A DNA stretch of 61,311 nucleotides, filler included. It is 5 parts of 5 records of this genome, joined end to end, with 100 filler letters (N's around TTAATTAATTAA, not from the genome) between each part and the next. Parts side by side here need not be neighbours in the genome. Positions count along the whole stretch, not along the records: positions 42,776 to 56,994 come from SRR20825010_4831; positions 57,095 to 61,311 come from SRR20825010_4836; 3 more parts are not named here. One strand, 5' to 3'. Made by a program: the position numbers and the translations under genes. Below are positions 48,219 to 60,425 of this stretch, piece by piece. The notes under the pieces are model-generated. The model made no database searches. It worked only from the letters and a program-made list of their open reading frames with translations, and had not been told where the DNA came from. Positions within the stretch are counted from its first letter, which is position 1; the number at the start of each line of letters is the position of its first letter.

Positions 48219-49307
48219 TTAATCAAAATAACTGAAAGTTTCTCCTTCTTTGATGTTCAATAAAGTTTCGTAAATCAAACGGATAACGTTCTCCACATCG
48301 TCTTTGTGAACAGTTTCCACTGTAGTGTGCATATAGCGCAAGGGCAACGATATCAAAGCGGAAGCAACGCCGCCATTACTATAGGCAAAAGCATCCGTGT
48401 CAGTTCCGGTGTAGCGAGATGATGCATTGCGCTGAAATGGAATCTTTTTGGATTCCGCAGTTTCCAAAATACGTTCGCGCAGTTTGTTCTGTACCGCTGG
48501 GGCATAGGAAATTACAGGTCCATCGCCAATTTTGGTCTCTCCCTCAGTCTTTTTGTTGATCATCGGAGTGGTGGTGTCATGGCAAACGTCGGTAACAATA
48601 GCAACATTTGGTTTTATGGTCTGTGTGATCATTTCAGCACCACGTAATCCAATTTCTTCTTGGACCGAGTTGGTAATGTACAATCCAAAGGGCAGTTCCT
48701 TTTTGTTCTCCTTGAGCAGGCGCGCAACTTCGGCGATCATAAAACCACCCATTCGGTTGTCCAAGGCACGGCAAACAAATTTGTCCTTGTTCAAAATATG
48801 GAATTGGTCGGGATATGTGATTACACAACCCACATGAACGCCCATTTTCTCCACTTCTTCCTTATCCTTGGCACCAATATCGATAAAAATGTTGTCCAAT
48901 TTGGGAGACTCTTCTTTTTCCTTGTTCCTGGTATGGATAGCTGGCCATCCAAATACACCTTTCACAATACCGTTTTTGGTATGGATGTCCACCCATTTTG
49001 ATGGGGCGATTTGATGGTCACTACCGCCATTTCTGATTACATAAAGCAATCCTTCATCGGTAATATAGTTGACATACCAAGAAATTTCATCGGAATGCCC
49101 TTCGATGACCACCCTATATTTTGCATCTGGATTAATTACACCTACGGCCGTACCATAAGTGTCCGTGATAAACTCGTCCACATAAGGTTTTACGTAGTCC
49201 ATCCAAATTTTTTGACCTTCCCATTCATAACCCGTCGGTGATGGATTGTTCAGGTATTTTTCTAAAAACTCAAGGGATTTTTCGTTGATGATTTTCTCTT
49301 TTGACAT
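48219..49307 (-). CDS. M42 family metallopeptidase
   Basis: GHSDEI, ALDNR, QEEIGLRGA, TDVCH, RYMHT. Confidence 0.93.
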   Translation of the reverse strand: MSKEKIINEKSLEFLEKYLNNPSPTGYEWEGQKIWMDYVKPYVDEFITDTYGTAVGVINPDAKYRVVIEGHSDEISWYVNYITDEGLLYVIRNGGSDHQIAPSKWVDIHTKNGIVKGVFGWPAIHTRNKEKEESPKLDNIFIDIGAKDKEEVEKMGVHVGCVITYPDQFHILNKDKFVCRALDNRMGGFMIAEVARLLKENKKELPFGLYITNSVQEEIGLRGAEMITQTIKPNVAIVTDVCHDTTTPMINKKTEGETKIGDGPVISYAPAVQNKLRERILETAESKKIPFQRNASSRYTGTDTDAFAYSNGGVASALISLPLRYMHTTVETVHKDDVENVIRLIYETLLNIKEGETFSYFD

Positions 49308-49406
49308 GTATCTGATTTAGAACACAAACTTAAGAATATTCACTTTTATTTAATAGCCAAATCACACCTTTATACTTACTTTTGGCAAGACTTTTGACAA
49401 AGAAAT

Positions 49407-50129
49407 ATGATGCTACGTATCTGTTTTTTAGTTATTTTCTTAACGATTTATGGCTTCGGATGGGCCCAAGAATCGAAAGGGGACTCTATTAAAACACCAA
49501 TGGATTCGATTGCCAATGATTCCATAGAGGACTACTATATTAGGTTCGAAGGGGATTCCATTTTGATGAGTTCCATTGAGCTTGAAGAGGTGTATATATT
49601 TGGTGAATTGGACTTTGCCAGCCGGGAAGACAAGCTACGCTACTATATTCTTCGCAGAAAAACCTTAAAAGTATATCCCTACGCCAAGCTGGCGGCTGAA
49701 CGACTGGTGGAACTGAACGACAGCTTAAAGCTCATCAAAAAACCCAGGCATCAGAGAAAATATACCCGTAAGGTCCAAAAATATATCGAGGGTGAGTTTT
49801 CCGAAGAGTTAAAGAAACTTACCCGTACCGAAGGACAGATTTTGGTGAAATTGATCCATAGACAAACAGGGGAGACCGCTTTCGACTTGGTAAAAGAACT
49901 CCGCAGCGGATGGCGCGCCTTTTGGTACAATACCACCGCGAGTTTGTTCAAGATCAGTTTAAAGGAAGAGTTTCGTCCTGTAGAAGTGCATGAGGATTAT
50001 TTGATAGAGGATATATTGCAACGAGCCTTTGCGGCCAATAGGTTGGAGCGGCAAAAATCTGTTTTGGATTATGATTATGCCCAACTTTCCAATAAATGGA
50101 AAAACCAACCTCCCAGGACGGGCAATTAA
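49407..50129 (+). CDS. DUF4294 family protein
   Basis: KVYPYAKLA, LKKLTRTEGQILVKLIHRQTG. Confidence 0.85.
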   Translation: MMLRICFLVIFLTIYGFGWAQESKGDSIKTPMDSIANDSIEDYYIRFEGDSILMSSIELEEVYIFGELDFASREDKLRYYILRRKTLKVYPYAKLAAERLVELNDSLKLIKKPRHQRKYTRKVQKYIEGEFSEELKKLTRTEGQILVKLIHRQTGETAFDLVKELRSGWRAFWYNTTASLFKISLKEEFRPVEVHEDYLIEDILQRAFAANRLERQKSVLDYDYAQLSNKWKNQPPRTGN

Positions 50130-50362
50130 TCTTTCTGTTTTTTACCGAAAACAGCATCCATCACAATACTAACGGATCTAAAACCTAAATAAATGGCCAA
50201 TATGGCACAGATAATGCCCAAAATCAAAACGGGCCAGTAAAAGGGATGTCCTTCATTTTTGAATGCTTCATAGATCAAAAATGGTCCCATAAACATGGCA
50301 AGCACGGTATAGCCAAACGACTTTACTCCTTTTACCAAAAGTTCCTTGTTGGTTCGCTTCAT
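50126..50362 (-). CDS. Small two-TM membrane protein (DUF6095-like)
   Basis: MKRTNKELLVKGVK...FMGP...AFKN..HP; two hydrophobic segments. Confidence 0.75.
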   Translation of the reverse strand: MKRTNKELLVKGVKSFGYTVLAMFMGPFLIYEAFKNEGHPFYWPVLILGIICAILAIYLGFRSVSIVMDAVFGKKQKD

Positions 50363-50419
50363 GGGACCAAAGTAGGAATATTAGCTTATATTTAAAGGAT
50401 ATTGCACTAAAAATCAACT

Positions 50420-51739
50420 ATGGAATTACTAGTTCTTGGGGTGGTCGTCCTGTTCATTGTCATTGCTACCGTAAAGTTTAAAATGCATCCCATCTTTTCG
50501 CTGACCATAGCAGCAATAGCTTCTGGTTTTTTCTTGGGCATGGCGCCAAAAAGCATCATGTCCACCATGGTGGAGGGCTTTGGAAATACGCTTTCCGGAA
50601 TAGGACTTGTCATAGCCTTTGGTACGGTAATCGGTATTTATTTGGAAAGAACGGGAAGTACACAGGTGTTGGCCAATAGTATCTTGGGGATAATAGGCCT
50701 AAAGCGTTCACCTTTGGCAATGAACTTGGCGGGTTTTGTTATTTCAATCCCCGTGTATTGCGATTCGGGCTACATCATACTTTCCTCATTAAATAAAGCC
50801 ATCAGTAAAAAAACGGGTATTCCCGTGCTTGTTTTTGCCATTGCATTGGCCACAGGGTTATATTCCGCTCACGTGTTTGTGCCACCGACACCCGGGCCTT
50901 TGGCCGCTGCCGCCATTTTGGATGCAGATTTGGGAATGGTGCTGATATTCGGGCTTTTGGTCGCCATACCCGTTTCCATTTCTGGATATTTTTGGGCAAG
51001 GTTCATCGGAAAATCATTGCAGGAAGATGAGACTTTGGAAACTGCGGAAACCAAAGAGGAAGTTCCATCTACGGTAAAACCTTTTCAAGCCTTTTTGCCC
51101 TTATTGGTACCGATAATTTTGATAGCATTGAAGTCCGTTGCAGATTACCCGACCCATCCGTTGGGAGATGGTTGGGCCTTCTCTGTTTTAGGTTTTTTGG
51201 GCAGTCCCGTAATTGCCTTGTTGATCGGGGTTTTCTTTGCTTTTGCGTTGGGTAGAAAAGTTCCTTCGGAAGAGAAAAAGGATTGGGTGCCCGAAGCCTT
51301 CAAGCAAGCAGGAGCAATTGTACTGATTACTGGAGCAGGAGGGGCATTTGGTGCTATTCTGAGAACTATGGATATTGCATCCATCATTAATTTGGAGTCC
51401 AGCACAGGAGTTGGTGGTCTTTTGATAGCTTTTGCGGTTTCAGCAGTGCTCAAAACGGCCCAGGGGTCGTCAACCGTTGCCATTATTACCACATCTGCCA
51501 TCGTTGCACCTCTGTTGGAAACCTTTGGTTTGGTTTCCATTACAGATAAGGCCTTGGCTGTTCTTGCAATAGGAGCAGGGGCCATGACGGTGTCACATAT
51601 CAACGATAGTTATTTTTGGGTAGTTTCACAGTTTTCCAATATGAAGGTTAAAACAGCGTTGCGTGGACATACGTTGGGAACCTTGGTCCAGGGTGTTGTT
51701 GGTATTTTGATGATTTTGATGATCTACGCTTTTGTCTAG
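50420..51739 (+). CDS. GntP family permease
   Basis: IPVYCDSGY, HVFVPPTPGP, LKTAQGSSTVA, SHINDSYFWVV. Confidence 0.93.
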   Translation: MELLVLGVVVLFIVIATVKFKMHPIFSLTIAAIASGFFLGMAPKSIMSTMVEGFGNTLSGIGLVIAFGTVIGIYLERTGSTQVLANSILGIIGLKRSPLAMNLAGFVISIPVYCDSGYIILSSLNKAISKKTGIPVLVFAIALATGLYSAHVFVPPTPGPLAAAAILDADLGMVLIFGLLVAIPVSISGYFWARFIGKSLQEDETLETAETKEEVPSTVKPFQAFLPLLVPIILIALKSVADYPTHPLGDGWAFSVLGFLGSPVIALLIGVFFAFALGRKVPSEEKKDWVPEAFKQAGAIVLITGAGGAFGAILRTMDIASIINLESSTGVGGLLIAFAVSAVLKTAQGSSTVAIITTSAIVAPLLETFGLVSITDKALAVLAIGAGAMTVSHINDSYFWVVSQFSNMKVKTALRGHTLGTLVQGVVGILMILMIYAFV

Positions 51740-51745
51740 AAGCCG

Positions 51746-52639
51746 CTATTCAATAATAAGACTCCTTTTATATTCTTGCACTACGGCAAAGTAACCTAGG
51801 GCAAAATCATTGGGATTCTCCACATCATCGATTACGGTAACGTTCTCCGCCCCTGTAATATCAAAAACATTGCCGCGTACCGTTGCGACGGGTGTTTGAA
51901 AAGGCCCTCCGCCATTTCCTGTTTGCTCCAGCACCAGGTCCATATAATTGTAAAAACCTTGTGTTGCCCCTAAAATGCTGACCGTTACGTGGTCACCAGG
52001 TTCGGTCTTGTCATCATAGAAAAAGGAAAACTGGAATTGTTGTCCTTGAAAAAATTCGTCCTCAACCGTTTGAAATTCACCGAACATAAAATCGAACACA
52101 TAAAAATTGTCCGCTTCGCCATCGTCCGTGAAGGTTACGATGATTTCAGTTTGATCTTCATCGAAAAAGACTTCGTCTCCTTGTTCCAGATTATCCAAAG
52201 GTACGGTCGGTACGTATTCTGTTTGGGCAAAGTAGTATCTATCCTGATAATTGATTTCTAATATAAAAACGGTTCCCAGTTCAGCGGCCGAAGAGGGTAT
52301 TCGTTGGTCCGTAGGCAAATTCGGGTCCGGGATATAAATTCCGGAGTCAGGTATTTCTTCCACCAAAGATGATGTAGATACATTATCGAAGGTGCCTTCA
52401 CTGTTCAACTGGCCATAAGATATCATGACGCTCTCTGCCTGCACGGGTTGATTTTCTTCGAAAAAAATACTGCTGGCCTTAAGGCCTATGCGCACATTTA
52501 TGAATTCCTGTTCCTTATCCACACGCAAAAGTCCATCTACCACTAATTTAGATTCCGTTTCCGACAAATCTACATCAACAACATCTTCACAGGAACCGAA
52601 TATTAGCGCAATAAATAGATATGCCAATAACTTTTTCAT
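51746..52639 (-). CDS. DUF4249 family lipoprotein (TonB receptor partner)
   Basis: Lipobox FGSC-EDVVDV; PFQTPVATVRGN; ALGYF. Confidence 0.85.
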   Translation of the reverse strand: MKKLLAYLFIALIFGSCEDVVDVDLSETESKLVVDGLLRVDKEQEFINVRIGLKASSIFFEENQPVQAESVMISYGQLNSEGTFDNVSTSSLVEEIPDSGIYIPDPNLPTDQRIPSSAAELGTVFILEINYQDRYYFAQTEYVPTVPLDNLEQGDEVFFDEDQTEIIVTFTDDGEADNFYVFDFMFGEFQTVEDEFFQGQQFQFSFFYDDKTEPGDHVTVSILGATQGFYNYMDLVLEQTGNGGGPFQTPVATVRGNVFDITGAENVTVIDDVENPNDFALGYFAVVQEYKRSLIIE

Positions 52640-52643
52640 GCCG

Positions 52644-55019
52644 TTAAAATTTAAAATTATAGGTTACGGAAGGGATGATTCCAAAAATAGATGTCCGAAT
52701 GGCTTCGTTCCTGCCCGTGTCCTCATTTTCCCTAAAGTTTATGGATGCGGCATTTTTGCGACTGTACGCATTGTAAATACTGAATACCCATTCGGATTGA
52801 ATTTTCTTCCGCTTATTTCGTTTTGGGGTCAAAATGGCAGAAATATCCAATCTGTGATAATCTGGTAGGCGTTCTTCGTTCCGTAGCCCATAGTATGGAA
52901 CTGTCATATCTTCAAATTCAAATTGACCTACTGGATAGTTGGTGGGTTGTCCGGTTTGATAGATAAAATTCGCATTGAAGCTCCACTTTTCATTAAGCTC
53001 AAAACTTCCATAAACAGAAAGATCGTGGCTTTTGTCATACGGGGTATTGTACCATTCTCCCATATTGATTCCGGTTTCTAAAGTGGTTCTTCCAGGAGCC
53101 CTTTGCTCAGATTTCGATAGGGTGTAGGCCAACCAACCTGTAAATCGACCTTCATTTTTGCGAAGCAAAAGCTCCAAACCGTAGGCCCTTGCTTCTCCGT
53201 TCAATATAACTTGCTCTATGGCATCATTGGCAATAAGGTTGGCACCGTCAATATAATCTATTCTATTTTGGATGGTCTTATAGAATGTTTCTGCCTCCAA
53301 ACTGTATACCCCTTCTTTTATATTTCTGAAATATCCGACGGCATATTGGTCCAGAAGCTGTGGCTCCACAAATGGGCCGCTCGGTGTCCATACATCCAAA
53401 GGGGTGGGGGAGTTTGTATTGGAAATCAGGTGTAAGTATTGCGCCAATCGGGTGTAACTGGCCTTTATGGAGTTATTTTCTTTAAACGTATAGGACATGG
53501 AAATCCTTGGCTCCAGATTAAAAAATGATTTCATGGTTTCGCTCCGGCCAGGATTAATGGTGTCTATGGGGTTCGCTTCTCCATAGGTTTGGGTAAAAGG
53601 GTCAAAATCCACAGGATTGTCATCGGCATAAACAAAGAACTCGTCCTGCCCAAACCTGCTGAACTGACTAGCCCTTAATCCATATTCTATACTCAGGTTT
53701 TCTGTGATTTCGTGTTCAACATCAATGTAAGCAGCATTTTCGTTAGCGTATTTTTTGGTGAGCTGATCTTCAACGATACCGGAATCGGGACTGTTGGGCA
53801 CTATTTTCCCTGGATTGAATACATAATAGATGCTGTTGATTCCGTAATTCAACTGGAGTTTGTTGTTCAAGTAGTGTTTTAGATCGTACTTAAGGTTAAA
53901 GTTTTGGATGCCAGAGTTCCACTCAAAACCCACAAAATCAAGCTCTAGGCCATAATAGTAATCAGAATAAATAAGTGAAAGGTTGGAGAAAAGCTTATCG
54001 GAAAAAAGGTGGTTCCATCTCAAATTACCCACTGCATTTCCATATTCGTTTACAAAACGGTCGCTTACATTAAAAAGATCCCTGCCAAAGTATCCGGATA
54101 GGAAAACACTGTTATTTTCATTGATTCTGTGCGTAATTTTGGTGTTAAGATCATAGAAATAGGCCTTATTGTCTATATCAAACAGAGGAAGAAAGAGATG
54201 TGCATAGGACGCCCTACCGCCGGCTAGAAAAGAAGTTTTGTCCTTTTGAATGGGACCCTCTATCAATAATCTGCTCGCGACTGCCCCAATACCTCCGTTT
54301 ACTTTAAATTCTTTGCTGTTCCCTTCTTTTTGAAAGATATCGAGCACGGAGGAGACCCTTCCACCGTATCTTGCCGGGATTCCGCCCTTAAAGAGTTTTA
54401 CATCCTTTATTGCGTCCGGATTGAATACGGAAAAGAAGCCGAACAAGTGCGATGAATTGAAGACGGTGGCCTCATCCAGTAGGATAAGGTTTTGGTCTGC
54501 AGCGCCACCGCGAACATTAAATCCAGAAGATGCCTCTCCTGCACTCGTAACACCAGGTAAAAGTAATAACGATTTTATAACATCGGATTCACCCAGCACT
54601 ACGGGAATCTCCTTTATAGTACTGGAAGTCAACGAAGTAACGCTCATTTGGGGTTTGCGGATATCCAGTTTTTCCACATTGTCCGTTACCACGACCTCTT
54701 GAAGTTCTTCCGTTTTTTCGGTCAAATTGAAATCTAGCTTCACATTTTTGTTCAGAGTAATGGTCTGTACAATTTCCTGAAAACCCAGATAGCTCACTAT
54801 GATTTGATATTCTCCCTCTGGAAGCGTTATGGAATAAAAACCGTACTCGTTGGTGGTTGTCCCGGTTTTTAACTCCGAAACGGCCACTGTAACACCTATC
54901 AACGATTCGTTACTGGATGCTTCGAAGATTGTGCCGCTCAGGGTGTACCTCTCTTGGGCCTGAATTACAAAAAAATGCCAAAACAGGGCTAGCAAAAATG
55001 CAAGATAATGTCTGGGCAT
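52644..55019 (-). CDS. TonB-dependent receptor with N-terminal carboxypeptidase-regulatory-like domain
   Basis: TNEYGFYSITL; plug LLPGVT...FNVRGG; YGGRVSSV; C-terminal YNFKF; ATG at 55019 chosen (alternative 55046). Confidence 0.93.
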   Translation of the reverse strand: MPRHYLAFLLALFWHFFVIQAQERYTLSGTIFEASSNESLIGVTVAVSELKTGTTTNEYGFYSITLPEGEYQIIVSYLGFQEIVQTITLNKNVKLDFNLTEKTEELQEVVVTDNVEKLDIRKPQMSVTSLTSSTIKEIPVVLGESDVIKSLLLLPGVTSAGEASSGFNVRGGAADQNLILLDEATVFNSSHLFGFFSVFNPDAIKDVKLFKGGIPARYGGRVSSVLDIFQKEGNSKEFKVNGGIGAVASRLLIEGPIQKDKTSFLAGGRASYAHLFLPLFDIDNKAYFYDLNTKITHRINENNSVFLSGYFGRDLFNVSDRFVNEYGNAVGNLRWNHLFSDKLFSNLSLIYSDYYYGLELDFVGFEWNSGIQNFNLKYDLKHYLNNKLQLNYGINSIYYVFNPGKIVPNSPDSGIVEDQLTKKYANENAAYIDVEHEITENLSIEYGLRASQFSRFGQDEFFVYADDNPVDFDPFTQTYGEANPIDTINPGRSETMKSFFNLEPRISMSYTFKENNSIKASYTRLAQYLHLISNTNSPTPLDVWTPSGPFVEPQLLDQYAVGYFRNIKEGVYSLEAETFYKTIQNRIDYIDGANLIANDAIEQVILNGEARAYGLELLLRKNEGRFTGWLAYTLSKSEQRAPGRTTLETGINMGEWYNTPYDKSHDLSVYGSFELNEKWSFNANFIYQTGQPTNYPVGQFEFEDMTVPYYGLRNEERLPDYHRLDISAILTPKRNKRKKIQSEWVFSIYNAYSRKNAASINFRENEDTGRNEAIRTSIFGIIPSVTYNFKF

Positions 55020-55107
55020 TCGATTGATTTTTTTAAAAGTACACATTTATCGGGCAGTGAAAAAACGAATGTAGCTACCTAAGATTATTTTAACATTATT
55101 ATAGGAT

Positions 55108-55141
55108 AAAACAAAAGGCAGCCAATTCAGGGCCGCCTTTT
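55108..55141 (-). terminator. icd terminator
   Basis: Minus strand AAAAGGCGGCC-CTGAATT-GGCTGCCTTTTGTTTT. Confidence 0.75.
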
Positions 55142-55165
55142 ACTCTACATTTATGTTTATTTTGA

Positions 55166-56994
<1,829 letters not shown>

Positions 56995-57094
56995 NNNNNN
57001 NNNNNNNNNNNNNNNNNNNNNNNNNNNNNNNNNNNNNNTTAATTAATTAANNNNNNNNNNNNNNNNNNNNNNNNNNNNNNNNNNNNNNNNNNNN
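56995..57094. other. Artificial contig spacer
   Basis: N44-TTAATTAATTAA-N44. Confidence 0.98.
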
Positions 57095-57853
57095 GATCAG
57101 CACCATCTGCGTCGCCGCCTGGTTCTGCAGGGAGTCGATCCAGGTCTTGCCCTTCTCGATATAGCGCTCCAGCGTCTGGGACTTGGCCAGCTTGACCTGC
57201 TCCTCCTGCACCAGCGCGTTGTACTTCGCATTGGCCTCCGCCAGCTCGGTTTCCAGCTTGGTGCGTTTCGCGGCATCCGCCTCTGACGCGATGGCGTTTT
57301 CCAGCTTGATGATGTCCGGGTCCATGCCACCGATATCGGCACGGATGGTTTCCAGTTCCCCCACCGTCAGTTCTCGTTCATCCAGCGTCTCGCTCAGGTT
57401 GCTTTCAACCTTGACCTTCTGCTCTTCCAGCATCGCCAACTGCCCCTCCAGCAACTGGACAATCACATCCGACTTGCTGATCAGATCCTGCAGCTTGTCG
57501 TCGATCGAGGCTGAGCGGACGCGTTCCTGCCGCATGCTGTCGGCCTTTGCGCGGGAAAAGATACCGATGAAGGTTTCCATCCCCGTCTTGCTGCGCATCT
57601 CATCGAAATCGCGGCTGAACCCGGCAGTGACATCGTCCAGGCCCATGATCAGTTCCGCGATGTTTGCGTTCATGATGTCGGTATGGGCATGGACGTCTTC
57701 GAGAGAGGCGTTTTCGATGTCGATCATCGCATCGTCACCAGTCTTCAACTTGGCGCGTGCTGTCTCGATCCGGCTGGTCAGTTCCGCAATCTTGGATTGC
57801 GCCTGTGCCACCTGCGCCTGGGATTCCTTGACCTGTGCATCCAAATTCGCCAT
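57095..57853 (-). CDS. Coiled-coil hypothetical protein, 3'-truncated
   Basis: RBS GGAG before ATG; helical E/K/Q/A-rich sequence; GC3-rich codons. Confidence 0.8.
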
Positions 57854-57978
57854 TAAAATCTCCGTTTTCCAATAGGTTGAAACATATATAGGTAATGTTA
57901 CGGCAATTTACATCACCCATGCCCGCAATTTAACCGGAGTGTGGCAAATGCCCATGCCCTTGAAAAGAGGGGATCGCG

Positions 57979-59070
57979 TCAGGTCAGAGGCCAGCGCAGA
58001 GTAACAACATGCCCTTTGTCACCGTGATACGAGGTCAGATCGCCACCCAACTGCTGCGCCGCCGCCTGCATGATACGCATCCCCAGACCAGTCCCGACAA
58101 TGGTCTGAACGCCGCCCGCAGCAGGCGGCCCGCCGTCATCGACACAGGTCAGCACATAGCTGTCGCCATCAATCTTTCCGATGATGTCCAAGGCCCCCTT
58201 GTCGCGCCCCTCGAACGCATATTTCGCCGCGTTCGCGATGGCCTCGTTCACGATCATGCCGACCGCTGACGCGGCACGGGACTGGAGCTTGCATGATTCC
58301 ACATCATGCCGCACGTGAATGCCTTTCGGCATTTGTGCCGAAGCGGTCAGAACCACGCGATCAAGGAAACTGGTCAGATTTACCATCGCGCCGGCATCGG
58401 AAAGATACAATGCCTCATGCAGGTTGCTGACCATGGCAAGCCGGCCCTGTACGGCCTCTAGCGCCTCGCGCGCCTCCTCCGTCTGAACCGAACGAGTCTG
58501 AATGCGGATCAACGCCTCCAGCGCCTGCAGAGAGTTCTTTACCCTGTGGTCGACCTCGCGGCGCAGCATTTCGGCAGCACCCAGCGCTTCGCGCAGTTCA
58601 AGGTGACGCATCACCTGCTTTGCCAATATCTTCAACGTGGTGCGCTGGGTTTCTGTCAAGACCCTCGGCACACGGTCAAGGACACATAATGTGCCCAACG
58701 CCACGCCATCTGCGCCTTTCAGCAAAGCCCCGGCGTAGAACCTGATCTGGTCATCACCCGTGACCAGCGGATTTGCAGCGGTGCGCGGGTCATTGGTTGT
58801 ATCCTGGACCTCCAGAAAATCACCAGACTGGATGGCATGGGCACAAATACTCATCTGAATTGGCGTTTCCGTCACGTCCAGACCTTGAACCGCCTTGAAC
58901 CACTGGCGATCCTTTTCGACCAGCGACACCAATGCGATGGGCGTCTGACATATCTCGCCAGCAAGTTTGACGATTTCATCGAAGCCTTCTTCGGGCGCCG
59001 TGTCCAGAATGTTGTATCCGCGCAGCAGCGCCAGGCGGATCTCTTCATCGTCAATCAGCTTGTCTGACAT
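57979..59070 (-). CDS. GAF-domain sensor histidine kinase (HisKA_2/HWE group)
   Basis: GAF motifs ILDTAPE, IRFYAGA, GTLCVLD; H-box EVDHRVKNSLQ; N-box NEAIANAAKY; DDG; GTGLG. Confidence 0.92.
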   Translation of the reverse strand: MSDKLIDDEEIRLALLRGYNILDTAPEEGFDEIVKLAGEICQTPIALVSLVEKDRQWFKAVQGLDVTETPIQMSICAHAIQSGDFLEVQDTTNDPRTAANPLVTGDDQIRFYAGALLKGADGVALGTLCVLDRVPRVLTETQRTTLKILAKQVMRHLELREALGAAEMLRREVDHRVKNSLQALEALIRIQTRSVQTEEAREALEAVQGRLAMVSNLHEALYLSDAGAMVNLTSFLDRVVLTASAQMPKGIHVRHDVESCKLQSRAASAVGMIVNEAIANAAKYAFEGRDKGALDIIGKIDGDSYVLTCVDDGGPPAAGGVQTIVGTGLGMRIMQAAAQQLGGDLTSYHGDKGHVVTLRWPLT

Positions 59071-59156
59071 CCAGGCTCTTTCATTGCCGCGCCTTATCGG
59101 AAAGATGTGGCCCGAACGTGAATTTCACAACGGTATTGTTTAACTGACCTGCCGGG

Positions 59157-60425
59157 TCAAGGCTGATCGGGCCCTGACCTCCGGGCAGGCAAGAACCCTC
59201 TTTTGGGTTCAACCTGTGCAAGCCGCGCCGTCAGCCCCAAGGCCAGCAGAAATGCCGCGCCAGCGGCAGCATACCACGCCAGGCTGACACGTATCTCGAC
59301 ATAGGACATTGCTCCGGTGCCAGACGTCCGGGTCGATGCGAACAACAGCGTCGCCGCAAGCAGCAGCCGACCAGCAAAGCTTTGCAGCGACAAAAAGGTC
59401 GCCCGCCCGCTGTCGCCAAGCAGAGGCTGCATCCGAGCCACCATGAAAGGCGTCGAGAATGAGTCCGGCACCATGCGCAGAAACAGAACCAAAATCGCCA
59501 GAACGTTGTTCGTGACGGCCAGTACCGCGATCAGACCGATCTGCATCCCGAAAGCAAACAACAGCATTGCAGGCAATCCTATCCGGTGTCGCAGACGAAC
59601 CGCCATCAACGTCGCAACCACCGACACCAGCATCATCAGCGAAGAGACACCGCCGCTGACAAGCGGGGCGTCGGTGCGCCACCCGGCAGTCGACAATGCC
59701 TCTGCAATAAATGGCTGGCCGAATACAAAGGGCACATGGCCGAACCCATACATCAGCACAGATAGCGCAAAGAGCCAGATCAACACGGGTATCCGCATCG
59801 TTTGGCGAAAATGCCGCAATTGGGCGCGCAGGCCCTGCGCGGTCTCAGTCGTTTCATGCGTTGGCTCGGTGAATTGCCACGCGAGGACCAGGGCCGCCCC
59901 CATCGCCACCGCCCCCGCAGCGAATGCCAGCGGATAGCCGACCAGCCCCATCGCCCCGCCGGAAAAGGCCGACAGCGCCAGACCGGTCAGCGTGAAACGC
60001 CAGCCTCGTGTTTCCTGCGCCTCGATCTCTTCCTCCCGGCCTGCTGCCTTGAGTGATTCATATAGCAGCGCATTTTCCGTGCCCGACGCAAAGGAGGCCC
60101 CGGCCCCCAGACAAATTTGCCCAAGGACAAAAACTGCAAACCCTTGCCCCACCGCTATCAACCCGGCCCCCAGCACCCCCATGACCGTGGCCGCCAGCAG
60201 CGTCTTTCGTCGCCCCAATCGGTCGGACATGTAGCCCGACGGGACCTCAAGCACAGTCGTGGCAACATCATAGACGACATAAAGGACAAGCGCCTGCGCC
60301 GCCGACAGTTCTGCCTGAAAATACAGAAACCAGATGGCCTGCCAGAACAGAAGATTCTGGCAGAACTTGAACCAGGGATACAGCGCGACATTGCGCGCCA
60401 TCGCACCGGACAGGGGCGCGTTCAC
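59157..60425 (-). CDS. MFS transporter
   Basis: EVPSGYMSDRLGRRKT (MFS motif A); FASGTENALLYESL; about 12 TM segments; ATGA overlap with the upstream hydrolase. Confidence 0.9.
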   Translation of the reverse strand: MNAPLSGAMARNVALYPWFKFCQNLLFWQAIWFLYFQAELSAAQALVLYVVYDVATTVLEVPSGYMSDRLGRRKTLLAATVMGVLGAGLIAVGQGFAVFVLGQICLGAGASFASGTENALLYESLKAAGREEEIEAQETRGWRFTLTGLALSAFSGGAMGLVGYPLAFAAGAVAMGAALVLAWQFTEPTHETTETAQGLRAQLRHFRQTMRIPVLIWLFALSVLMYGFGHVPFVFGQPFIAEALSTAGWRTDAPLVSGGVSSLMMLVSVVATLMAVRLRHRIGLPAMLLFAFGMQIGLIAVLAVTNNVLAILVLFLRMVPDSFSTPFMVARMQPLLGDSGRATFLSLQSFAGRLLLAATLLFASTRTSGTGAMSYVEIRVSLAWYAAAGAAFLLALGLTARLAQVEPKRGFLPARRSGPDQP

